From NCBI GenBank assembly GCA_026770705.1, contig JANJGN010000016.1:87110001-87174000 (forward strand): a stretch of 64,000 bases of DNA. The letters run 5' to 3'. This DNA is from Isurus oxyrinchus. Its lineage: Eukaryota. Positions 39,921 through 51,100 of this stretch are shown here, piece by piece (the stretch's first letter is position 1; every line of letters starts with the position of its first letter). The notes beneath the pieces were generated by a model that saw only the letters and a program-made list of their open reading frames with translations, was not told the origin of the DNA and searched no databases. The position numbers were made by a program, and so were the translations under genes.

Positions 39921-40199
39921 GTATTTAAACTGCAGCCGTGCGCACACTTCTCAATGCTTGCAGCCTGGGGCTGCTCTGGTGAAGACTTGGCCCCAAAAAC
40001 CAAGCAGAGTGCAGCCCCCGATTCAGTGACGCATTCCTGGGATGCCTTCTGGACACTGTGGAGGCCCATCCTGATGTCCTCTAACCCCGCTCTGGCCACA
40101 GGAGGGCCATTAGTTTCAGACTTTTGGCTGTCTCACTATATTATTCCCACTGCTCACCATGACACCTGACACCAATGGGGCCGGAAAATTCTGGCCAAA

Positions 40200-40510
40200 G
40201 TGAGAGAGGAAATATTAATTGTTCGAAAATATTCTGAGGGAAATTTTAATCATCTTTGAGAAAGTTACGACCAAGGACAGTCAACATGGACTTGTTTTGG
40301 GAAGGCCGTGTCTGACTAAGTTGCTTGAATTTTTTGAGGAGGTAACAAGGAGGGTTGATGAAGGAAGCGAGTTTGATGTGGTCTATGCAGATTTTAGCAA
40401 GACTTCTGACAAGGTTCCACATGACAGACTGGTCAGAAAATTAAAAATTCATGGGATCCCAGGGAAAGGGGCAAGTTGTGTTTCAAATTAATTGAGCGGG
40501 AGGAGGTAAA
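40200..40510 (+). mobile_element. CR1 LINE RT fragment
   Basis: SQHGLVLGRPCLTKLLEFFEEVTRRVDEGSEFDVVYADFSKTSDKVPH (ORF 40219-40491). Confidence 0.85.
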
Positions 40511-40799
40511 TGTTTGATGTTAAGCTGGTTAAATCATATCGGACTGTTACTTAGACATTTGTAAAGAGGGTTACCACAAATTCAGCACTGAAATGGTTAA
40601 TAGTAAGAGTGTTTAAAGACTCAGTGTCCCTCTAAGACACTGTTAAGCTGTCAGGAAGCTCTGACTATTGATCAGCCTGTCCGGGGGAAACAGGTTCAGC
40701 ATTAACAATCCTCAGATCACACACACATCGAGAGAACTTTATCCCAGAATGTTGGAGCACACTTGGATCAACCCACTTCAGAAAGGATTCAGATTGGGT

Positions 40800-42545
40800 A
40801 TCATAGAATAAAAGCATAGAAATTTCTGGCACAGAAAGAGACCACTCGGCCCATCACGTCTGTGCCACTGAAATACGAGCCGTCCGGCCGAATCCCACTT
40901 TCCAGCATTTGGTCTGTAGTCCTCCAGGTTAAGGCTCTTGAGGTTCATATCCAGACACCTTTTAAATGGGTTGATAGTTCCTGCCTCTGTGACCCTTTAA
41001 GACCGTGAGTTCCAGAGCCTCATCTCCCATCTAATCTTTCTTCCAATCATTTTAAATCTATGCCCCCTCGTCACTGACCTCTCTGCTAAAGTAAATAGGC
41101 CCGTCCCATTCACTCTATCCAAGCCCCTCAATCAAATCTCCCCTCAGACTCCTCTGTTCCAAGGAGAACAACCCCAGCCAATCCAATCTCTCCTCATAGC
41201 TGCAATTTTCCTGTCCTGGCAATATCCTGGTTAAATCTCCTCTGTACCGTCTCTAATGCAATCACATCCTTCCTGTAATGAGGTGACCACAACTGCGCAC
41301 TGTACTCAAATTGTGGCCTAACTAATGATTTATACAGTTCCAGCATAACCTCCTTGCTCTATACCTCGGCTAATGATTGAAAGGATTCCATGTTCCTTCT
41401 TAACCACCTTATCGACCTGTTCTGCTACCTTCAGGAGTCTGGACATTCACCCCAAGGCCCCTCACTTCCTCTACACCGCTCAGTATCTTCCCATTTATTG
41501 TTCATTCCTTTGCTTTGTTTGACCTCCTCAGATGCATCACCTCACACTTCTCTGGGGAGAATTCCATTTGCCACTTTTCTGTCCACCTGACCAGTCCATT
41601 GATATCTTCCTGCAGCCTACAACAATGCTCCTTGTTATCTACCATGCAGCCAATTTTTGTGTCGCCTGTAAACTCCTTGATCAATCCCCTACATTTATGT
41701 CCAAATCATTAATATACGCACAAAAAGCAGGGGACCTAGGCCTGAGCCCTGCAGAACCACACTGGAAACAGCCTTCCAGTCACAAAAACACCATCAATAA
41801 TTACCCTTTGTTCCCGGCCATTGATCTAATTTTGTATCCAACGGGCCCCATTCCCATGGACCCCATTGGCTTTTATTTTATTAACCAGTCTGCCTTGTGG
41901 AACCTTCTCAAAAACCTTGCTAAAATCCATGTAGATAATATCAACTACACTACCCTCATCAATCCTCCTGTTACTTCCTCAAAAAAGATCAACAAGTTAG
42001 TCAGACATGACGTTCCCTTATCAAATCCATGCTGACTGTCCTGGATTAATCTGTGCCTTTCTAAGTGACAGTTTATCCTGCCCATCAGAATTGATTCCAA
42101 TTATTTGACCACCAACGAGGACACAATGACTGGCCTGTAATTATTTGGCTAAAACAAAGGTGCAACATTATCAGACCTCCAATCCTCCGGCACCTCACCT
42201 GTATCTAGTGAGGATTGGAAAATAAGGGTCAGACCCTTCGCAATTTCCTCCCTGGTTTCTGATAACAGCCTGGGGCACATTTCACTCTCAAGGATGCTAA
42301 TCCCCCTCCTACTTCCTCTCTCCCTATGTTTATCACATCCAATATTTCACACTCCTCCTCCATAACAACAATGTCTAATTGTTCCCTTTCTTTTGTGAAG
42401 ACAGACGCAAAGTATTCATTCAGAACCATATCCACATCCTCCCCCTCCTCACATAGGTTACCTTTTTGGTCTTTTATGGGCCCTACTCGCCCTTAGTTAT
42501 CCTCTTACTCTTAATGTATTGAGAAAACAGCTTTGGGTGTAGAAG
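40800..42545 (-). mobile_element. CR1 LINE, 3' portion with tail at ~40800
   Basis: LNEYFASVFTKE, FTGDTKIG (decayed FADDTK), LQEDINGLVRWTEKWQMEFSPEKCEVMH; CR1-like 3' end with TTCTATG-type tail. Confidence 0.88.
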
Positions 42546-42699
42546 GTTCTAGATTTCATTTCAAACCTTGCCGGCCAGCACTGGGGTGACATTAAGGGTG
42601 AGGCTTCAATTAGTCTCAGAGTCTGGGGGTCAGACAGGGTCAGTGCGAGGTCAATGGCACCTCACAGGGTCAGCATCAGGAATCTCCAACTTCAAAGAA

Positions 42700-43088
42700 A
42701 GGCTTGCATTTCAATGGCGCCTATAACCACCTTAGGATGTCCCAGATTGTTCCACAGCCAACTGTGCACAGCAAGATCCCAGATAGCGGATTGACAATAA
42801 CCAGATAATCAGATGTGTAGTGATGCAGATTGAGGGATAAATATTGTCCAGGAAATCCAGGGGAACTCCCCTGCTCCCCTTCTCATAGCGCCTTCGGATA
42901 TTTGACATCCCCCTGAGAGGGCAGACCTCAGTTTGTCTCATCTGAAAGACAGCTCCTCTGACAGTGCTGCCCTCCCTCAATACCGCACTGGGGTCTCAGC
43001 CTGGATTATGTGCTCAAGTCTCTGGAATGGGATTTGAACCCACAACATTGTGACTCTGAGGGGAGAGTGCTACCCATTGAGGCACGGC
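42700..43088 (-). mobile_element. tRNA-derived SINE (DeuSINE/SacSINE1-like)
   Basis: Minus-strand head with A-box-like TGCCTCAATGG and B box GGTTCAAATCC, then CCTGGACAATATTTATCCCTCAA...GATTATCTGG...TTGCTGTGCACAGTTGGCTG body. Family assignment is from memory. Confidence 0.75.
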
Positions 43089-43801
43089 CCACACCTCACG
43101 GTCCAATAGCCTGTCATGTTCACCCTCCCGCCTCACACTTGGAGGAATGAGCCCACTTGGGGAGGGTGGAGCTGTTCCCCAGTCAGAGACAGTGTCTTCA
43201 GGAGAGAGATGGAGAGCAGATTCCAGGAGAGCTGGAGTCTAGAGGGTGACATTTAAACATTCGGGGGAAACGGAGAGTCTCCCCAATACCCTGGAACACT
43301 GAAGCCACTGGATTGTGGGCCCTGCTCTACCTGTTTGTCATCAGAAATTTGCCAAGAGATAACCAGGGAGTGGAAAGAGCAGAGTTCAAGCTGGGGGAGG
43401 TGGGACCTCGGTGTCTCACTGTGCTGGTGCTGTGATCAGTTATATCAGAGACTGTGAGAGGGAGCCGGAGCTCATATCAAACTCTGCCCGTGTCTGTCAC
43501 ACTGAGACTGACAGGAGTCTAGTGAGTGATTTCAGTCCATGGTGCAGCAATGTCAGCACAGTCTGCAAACGTCCAGATCTCCTCTAGACGGTGGGTAAAA
43601 GTTGGTTATTTCTATCTTGCTGCTTAAAGGGGGGAATGTAATGAAAGAAATACAGCTGGGTACCCTGTTATACACAGTGTTGTTCACTGAACGATTTCAT
43701 TCACTGCAGCTCCTCACTAATACCTTCAACTATTCAGCATTAGTGTTTGAGAAAGTTTCAGTATTGAAAAGGTTAATAAGGGAGGATTGGGGTTTACTTA
43801 C

Positions 43802-43836
43802 TCAGTCTGAGTTTGGTTCCTTTACCGAACGTAACC
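43802..43836 (-). CDS. IGKJ: Ig light chain kappa J segment
   Basis: G GTT ACG TTC GGT AAA GGA ACC AAA CTC AGA CTG A|GTAAGT = VTFGKGTKLRL(S). FGxG motif, consensus donor, phase 1 matches the C exon. Confidence 0.96.
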
Positions 43837-43875
43837 CACACTGAGAGATTCCAGTGCAGGGGCTGTACAAAAACC
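43837..43875 (+). promoter_or_regulatory. 23-bp-spacer recombination signal sequence of J
   Basis: CACACTG (43837-43843, one mismatch) + 23 bp + perfect ACAAAAACC (43867-43875). Confidence 0.95.
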
Positions 43876-43889
43876 TCAGCTCTCTGCTT

Positions 43890-44045
43890 CACTCAGTCAC
43901 TCTCACCCTCTCTCTGTCTCTCACTCACACTCACCTTTAACTCACTCTCACCCTCTCTCTGTCTCTCACACACACTCACCTTTAACTCACTCTCACCCTT
44001 TCTCTGTCTCTCACTCACACTCACCTTTAACTCTCACTCTTTTCC
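43890..44045. repeat. ~45-bp pyrimidine-rich tandem repeat, ~3 copies, next to the J RSS
   Basis: CTCACTCTCACCCTCTCTCTGTCTCTCACTCACACTCACCTTTAA repeated. Confidence 0.85.
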
Positions 44046-44160
44046 TCTCTCTTCCTCTCAATGTCTTTTTGTTGTTCCAAGAGTTGAGAATCCCGATTTT
44101 ATTTGATAAATTTTTCAGCTGCTCTTCATGTGTGGACATGGAGGGTAAGAGGTAAAGTGA

Positions 44161-46849
44161 CCGTTATTATATATTATATATAACTGTGGGATGTGTCAGT
44201 ACAGGAGGTGGGACTGTGTGTCCATTATTATATATTCTATATAACATTGGGATGTCTCAGTACAGGAGGTGGGACTGTGTGTCCATTATTATATATTCTA
44301 TATAACGTTGGGATGTCTCAGTACAGGAGGTGGGACTGTGTGTCCATTATTATATATTCTATATAACTGTGGGATGTGTCAGTACAGGTGGTGGGACTGT
44401 GTGTCAATTATTATATATTCTATATAACTGTGGGATGTGTCAGTATAGGAAGTGGTGGTGTGTGTCCATTATTATATATTCTATATAACTGTGGGATGTG
44501 TCAGTACAGGAGGTGGGACTTTGTGTCCATTATTATATATTCTATATAACTGTGGGATGTGTCAGTACAGGTGGTGGGACTGTGTGTCCATTATTATATA
44601 TTCTATATAACTGTGGGATGTGTCAGTATAGGAAGTGGTGGTGTGTGTCCATTATTCTATATTCTATATAACTGTGGGATGTGTCAGTACAGGAGGTGGT
44701 GCTGTGTGTCCATTATTATATATTCTATATAACTGTGGGATGTGTCAGTACATGAGGTGTGACTGTGTGTCCATTATTATATATCCTATATAACTATTGG
44801 ATGTGTCAGTACAGGAGGTGGGACTGTGTGTCCATTATTATATGTTCTATATAACTGTGGGATGTGTCAGTACAGGAGGTGGTGGTGGTGTGTCCATTAT
44901 TATATATTCTATATAACTGTGGGATGTGTCAGTACAGGAGGTGGTGGTGGTGTGTCCATTATTATATATTCTATATAACTGTGGGATGTGTCAGTACAGG
45001 AGGTGGGACTGTGTGTCCATTATTATATATTCTATATAACTGTGGGATGTGTCAGTACAGGAGGTGGGACTGTGTGTCCATTATTATATATTATATACAA
45101 CTGTGGGATGTGTCAGTACAGGAGGTGGGACTGTGTGTCCATTATTATATATTCTATATAACTGTGGGATGTGTCAGTATAGGAAGTGGTGGTGTGTGTC
45201 CATTATTATATATTCTATATAACTGTGGGATGTGTCAGTACAGGAGGTGGGACTTTGTGTCCATTATTATATATTCTATATAACTGTGGGATGTGTCAGT
45301 ACAGGAGGTGGGACTGTGTGTCCATTATTATATATTCTATATAACGTTGGGATGTCTCAGTACAGGAGGTGGGACTGTGTGTCCATTATTATATATTCTA
45401 TATAACTGTGGGATGTGTCAGTACAGGTGGTGGGACTGTGTGTCAATTATTATATATTCTATATAACTGTGGGATGTGTCAGTATAGGAAGTGGTGGTGT
45501 GTGTCCATTATTATATATTCTATATAACTGTGGGATGTGTCAGTACAGGAGGTGGGACTTTGTGTCCATTATTATATATTCTATATAACTGTGGGATGTG
45601 TCAGTACAGGTGGTGGGACTGTGTGTCCATTATTATATATTCTATATAACTGTGGGATGTGTCAGTATAGGAAGTGGTGGTGTGTGTCCATTATTCTATA
45701 TTCTATATAACTGTGGGATGTGTCAGTACAGGAGGTGGTGCTGTGTGTCCATTATTATATATTCTATATAACTGTGGGATGTGTCAGTACATGAGGTGTG
45801 ACTGTGTGTCCATTATTATATATCCTATATAACTATTGGATGTGTCAGTACAGGAGGTGGGACTGTGTGTCCATTATTATATGTTCTATATAACTGTGGG
45901 ATGTGTCAGTACAGGAGGTGGTGGTGGTGTGTCCATTATTATATATTCTATATAACTGTGGGATGTGTCAGTACAGGAGGTGGTGGTGGTGTGTCCATTA
46001 TTATATATTCTATATAACTGTGGGATGTGTCAGTACAGGAGGTGGGACTGTGTGTCCATTATTATATATTCTATATAACTGTGGGATGTGTCAGTACAGG
46101 AGGTGGGACTGTGTGTCCATTATTATATATTATATACAACTGTGGGATGTGTCAGTACAGGAGGTGGGACTGTGTGTCCATTATTATATATTCTATATAA
46201 CTGTGGGATGTGTCAGTACAGGAGGTGGGTCTGTGTATCCATTATTATATATTCTATATAACTGTGGGATGTGTCAGTACAGGAGGTGGGACTGTGTGTC
46301 CATTATTATATATTCTATATAACTGTGGGATGTGTCAGTACAGGAGGTGGGACTGTGTGTCCATTATTATATATTATATATAACTGTGGGATGTGTCAGT
46401 ACAGGAGGTGGGACTGTGTGTCCATTATTATATATTCTATATAACTGTGGGATGTGTCAGTACAGGAGGTGGGTCTGTGTATCCATTATTATATATTCTA
46501 TATAACTGTGGGATGTGTCAGTACAGGAGGTGGGACTGTGTGTCCATTATTATATATTCTATATAACTGTGGGATGTGTCAGTACAGGAGATGGTGCTGT
46601 GTGTCCATTATTATATATTCTATATAACTGTGGGATGTGTCAGTACAGGAGATGGTGCTGTGTGTCCATTATTATATATTATATATAACTGTGGGATGTG
46701 TTAGTACAGGAGGTGGGATTGTGTGTCCATTATTATATATTCTATATAACTGTGGGATGTGTCAGTACAGGAGGTGGGACTGTGTGTCCATTATTATATA
46801 TTCTATATAACTGTGGGATGTGTCAGTACAGGAGGTGGTGCTGTGTGTA
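44161..46849. repeat. 61-bp minisatellite, ~44 copies, filling the V-J spacer
   Basis: Unit CCATTATTATATATTCTATATAACTGTGGGATGTGTCAGTACAGGAGGTGGGACTGTGTGT (starts 44222, 44283...). Internal 1039-bp duplication (ORFs 44864/45903). Confidence 0.97.
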
Positions 46850-46853
46850 TTGA

Positions 46854-46881
46854 GGTTTTTGTCAGGCTCTGTATCACTGTG
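46854..46881 (-). promoter_or_regulatory. 12-bp-spacer recombination signal sequence of V
   Basis: Perfect CACAGTG + ATACAGAGCCTG + ACAAAAACC. V12/J23 is the kappa-type arrangement. Confidence 0.98.
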
Positions 46882-47176
46882 TAGGTGTAGCTGCTATACT
46901 GCTGACAGTAATATTCAGCGACATCCTCATTCTGTACATTGCTGATTGTCAGGGTGAATTGAGTGCCAGATCCACTGCCGGTGAATCGCTCGGATGTTCC
47001 TGTGAATCGGTTTGTTGCCCTATAGATCAGGAGAGTCGGTTTCTGTCCTTCTCGCTGCTGGTACCAACTCACATAGCTGCTAACAGACTGACTGGCTGTA
47101 CAGGTGATGGTGGCAGTCTGGCCCAGGCTCACTGACACCAGGGGAGACTGTTTCATGGTGATGTCCCCACTGATAC
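46882..47176 (-). CDS. IGKV: Ig light chain kappa (NS4-type) V exon, germline unrearranged
   Basis: Acceptor TTTCTCTATTACCCCTCAG. Translation (G)[97 protein letters not shown]. Both Cys, WYQQ, LLIY and GSGSG intact. Confidence 0.98.
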
Positions 47177-47362
47177 CTGAGGGGTAATAGAGAAACAGAG
47201 TGAAGTAAGAACAGTCACACAAAGAGCCTGTAAAATGAGATATTGTTAGAGACAGTGACCGTTCCTCTGCTTTCAGCATTTTCCCTTCAATCACAAGTCA
47301 GTCGAATTGGCTGGAAATGGAGAGCAGGAAAATATTCACGGTGGAAGGAGAGAGATTTGTAC

Positions 47363-47411
47363 CTGCGATGCAGAATGCCAGAGGCCAGATCAGCTGGATG
47401 GCTGAAATCAT
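47363..47411 (-). CDS. IGKV: Leader (signal peptide) exon of the V gene
   Basis: ACCATG start; MISAIQLIWPLAFCIA-G|GT, 49 bp, phase 1 matching the V exon; 186-bp intron. Confidence 0.93.
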
Positions 47412-47471
47412 GGTGTCTGCTCCTGTCCCTGTGCCTGGTCACTGATAAACTCTCCCTTCACTGGGCTCAGC

Positions 47472-47525
47472 TTTATACAGCTGCAGCCTGTCAGAGTCTC
47501 ACTGGCTGTTCCTCAGTATGTAAAT
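47472..47525 (-). promoter_or_regulatory. V promoter: TATAAA (47472-47477) and octamer variant ATTTACAT (47518-47525)
   Basis: Order and spacing (octamer ~107 bp and TATA ~60 bp upstream of ATG) fit Ig light-chain promoters; octamer is 7/8 to ATTTGCAT. Confidence 0.8.
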
Positions 47526-47679
47526 GGTATCACCCAGAGAGAACCACGTCAGCACCTCTCACTTCCTCTCCATCTTTCTCTCTCTATTTGTCTCTGTTTC
47601 ACAGTCTCCCCCCCTCTCTCTCTCTCTGTCTTTGTACGTTATTCTCTTTCTCTCTCTACCTCTCTCTCTCCCTCTCTCA

Positions 47680-50600
47680 GTACCTGTCCGTCACTCTCGT
47701 CTCTCTCTCTACCTCTCTCTATCTCTGTCCGTCACTCTCTGTCTCTCTCTCCCTATCTCTGTCTGTCTCTGTCCGTCACTCTCTGTCTCTCTCTCCCTAC
47801 CTCTGTCTGTCTCTGTCCGTCACTCTCTGTCTCTCTCTCCCTACCTCTGTCTGTCTCTGTCCGTCACTCTCTGTCTCTCTCTCCCTACCTCTGTCTGTCT
47901 CTGTCCGTCACTCTCTGTCTCTCACTCCCTACCTCTGCCTGTCTCTGTCCATCACTCTCTGTCTCTCACTCCGTACCTCTGTCTGTCTCTGTCCGTCACT
48001 CTCTGTCTCTCACTCCCTACCTCTGTCTGGCTCTGTCCGTCACTCTCTGTCTCTCTCTCCCTACCTCTGTCTGTCTCTGTCCGTCACTCTCTGTCTCTCT
48101 CTCCCTACCTCTGTCTGTCTCTGTCCGTCACTCTCTGTCTCTCTCTCCCTACCTCTGTCTGTCTCTGTCCGTCACTCTCTGTCTCTCTCCCCCTCTCTCT
48201 GTCTGTCTCTGTCCGTCACTCTCTGTCTCTCTCTCCCTACCTCTGTCTGTCTCTGTCCGTCACTCTCTGTCTCTCACTCCCTACCTCTGTCTGTCTCTGT
48301 CCGTCACTCTCGTCTCTCTCTCTACCTCTCTCTATCTCTGTCCGTCACTCTCTGTCTCTCTCTCCCTATCTCTGTCTGTCTCTGTCCGTCACTCTCTGTC
48401 TCTCTCTCCCTACCTCTGTCTGTCTCTGTCCGTCACTCTCTGTCTCTCACTCCCTACCTCTGCCTGTCTCTGTCCATCACTCTCTGTCTCTCACTCCGTA
48501 CCTCTGTCTGTCTCTGTCCGTCACTCTCTGTCTCTCACTCCCTACCTCTGTCTGTCTCTGTCCGTCACTCTCTGTCTCTCTCTCCCTACCTCTGTCTGTC
48601 TCTGTCCGTCACTCTCTGTCTCTCTCTCCCTACCTCTATCTGTCTCTGTCCATCACTCTCTGTCTCTCTCTCCCTACCTCTGTCTGTCTCTGTCCGTCAC
48701 TCTCTGTCTCTCTCTCCCTACCTCTGTCTGTCTCTGTCCGTCACTCTCTGTCTCTCTCTCCCTACCTCTGTCTGTCTCTGTCCGTCACTCTCTGTCTCTC
48801 TCTCCCTACCTCTGTCTGTCTCGGTCTGTCACTCTCTGTCTCTCTCTCCCTACCTCTGTCTGTCTCTGTCCGTCACTCTCTGTCTCTCTCCCTACCTCTG
48901 TCTGTCTCTGTCCGTCACTCTCTGTCTCTCACTCCATACCTCTGTCTGTCTCTGTCCGTCACGCTCTGTCTCTCTCCCTACCTCTGTCTGTCTCTGTCCG
49001 TCACTCTCTGTCTCTCTCTCCCTACCTCTATCTGTCTCTGTCCGTCACTCTCTGTCTCTCTTTCCCTACCTCTGTCTGTCTCTGTCCGTCACTCTCTGTC
49101 TCTCTCCCTACCTCTGTCTGTCTCTGTCCGTCACTCTCTGTCTCTCACTCCCTACCTCTGTCTGTCTCTGTCCGTCACTCTCTGTCTCTCACTCCCTACC
49201 TCTGTCTGTCTCTGTCCGTCACTCTCTGTCTCTCTCTCCCTACCTCTGTCTGTCTCTGTCCGTCACTCTCTGTCTCTCTCTCCCTACCTCTGTCTGTCTC
49301 TGTCCGTCACTCTCTGTCTCTCTCCCTACCTCTGTCTGTCTCTGTCCGTCACTCTCTGTCTCTCACTCCCTACCTCTGTCTGTCTCTGTCCGTCACTCTC
49401 TGTCTCTCACTCCCTACCTCTGTCTGTCTCTGTCCGTCACTCTCTGTCTCTCACTCCCTACCTCTGTCTGTCTCTGTCCGTCACTCTCTGTCTCTCACTC
49501 CCTACCTCTGTCTGTCTCTGTCCGTCACTCTCTGTCTCTCACTCCCTACCTCTGTCTGTCTCTGTCCGTCACTCTCTGTCTCTCTCTCCCTACCTCTGTC
49601 TGTCTCTGTCCGTCACTCTCTGTCTCTCTCTCCCTACCTCTGTCTGTCTCTGTCCGTCACTCTCTGTCTCTCTCCCTACCTCTGTCTGTCTCTGTCCGTC
49701 ACTCTCTGTCTCTCACTCCCTACCTCTGTCTGTCTCTGTCCGTCACTCTCTGTCTCTCACTCCCTACCTCTGTCTGTCTCTGTCCGTCACTCTCTGTCTC
49801 TCACTCCCTACCTCTGTCTGTCTCTGTCCGTCACTCTCTGTCTCTCTCTCCCTACCTCTGTCTGTCTCTGTCCGTCACTCTCTGTCTCTCTCTCCCTACC
49901 TCTGTCTGTCTCTGTCCGTCACTCTCTGTCTCTCTCCCTACCTCCGTCTGTCTCTGTCCGTCACTCTCTGTCTCTCACTCCCTACCTCTGTCTGTCTCTG
50001 TCCGTCACTCTCTGTCTCTCACTCCCTACCTCTGTCTGTCTCTGTCCGTCACTCTCTGTCTCTCTCTCCCTATCTCTGTCTGTCTCTGTCCGTCACTCTC
50101 TGTCTCTCTCTCCCTACCTCTGTCTGTCTCTGTCCGTCACTCTCTGTCTCTCTCTCCCTACCTCTGTCTGTCTCTGTCCGTCACTCTCTGTCTCTCTCTC
50201 CCTACCTCTGTCTGTCTCTGTCCGTCACTCTCTGTCTCTCTCTCCCTACCTCTGTCTGTCTCTGTCCGTCACTCTCTGTCTCTCTCTCCCTACCTCTGTC
50301 TGTCTCTGTCCGTCACTCTCTGTCTCTCTCCCCCTCTCTCTGTCTGTCTCTGTCCGTCACTCTCTGTCTCTCTCTCTCCCTACCTCTGTCTGTCTCTGTC
50401 CGTCACTCTCTGTCTCTCTCTCCCTACCTCTGTCTGTCTCTGTCCGTCACTCTCTGTCTCTCTCTCCCTACCTCTGTCTGTCTCTGTCCGTCACTCTCTG
50501 TCTCTCTCCCCCTCTCTCTGTCTGTCTCTGTCCGTCACTCTCTGTCTCTCTCTCCCTACCTCTGTCTGTCTCTGTCCGTCACTCTCTGTCTCTCACTCCC

Positions 50601-51100
50601 TACCTCTGTCTGTCTCTGTCCGTCACTCTCTGTCTCTCTCTCCCTACCTCTGTCTGTCTCTGTCTGTCACTCTCTGTCTCTCTCTCCCTACCTCTGTCTG
50701 TCTCTGTCCGTCACTCTCTGTCTCTCTCTCCCTACCTCTGTCTGTCTCTGTCCGTCACTCTCTGTCTCTCTCTCCCTACCTCTGTCTGTCTCTGTCTGTC
50801 ACTCTCTGTCTCTCTCTCCCTACCTCTGTCTGTCTCTGTCCGTCACTCTCTGTCCCTCTCTCCCTACCTCTGTCTGTCTCTGTCCGTCACTCTCTGTCTC
50901 TCACTCCCTACCTCTGTCTGTCTCTGTCCGTCACTCTCTGTCTCTCTCTCCCTACCTCTGTCTGTCTCTGTCCGTCACTCTCTGTCTCTCTCTCCCTACC
51001 TCTGTCTGTCTCTGTCCGTCACTCTCTGTCTCTCTCTCCCTACCTCTGTCTGTCTCTGTCCGTCACTCTCTGTCTCTCTCTCCCTACCTCTGTCTGTCTT
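47680..51100. repeat. 44-bp polypyrimidine minisatellite, ~77 copies
   Basis: Unit CTCTGTCTGTCTCTGTCCGTCACTCTCTGTCTCTCTCTCCCTAC with 42/46-bp variants. It has no stops on +, which produces the spurious 1399 and 1304 aa ORFs. Confidence 0.96.

Noticed and set aside
43020-43088. tRNA gene
   Set aside because: A/B boxes belong to a decayed SINE head; no cloverleaf or terminator.
44161-46849. CRISPR-like appearance of regular repeats (also the 36-, 44- and 55-bp arrays)
   Set aside because: No unique spacers, no cas genes, vertebrate context.
47177-47294. N-terminal extension of the 163-aa V ORF (MIEGKMLK...)
   Set aside because: Leader intron read-through; the real start is the spliced leader at 47411.
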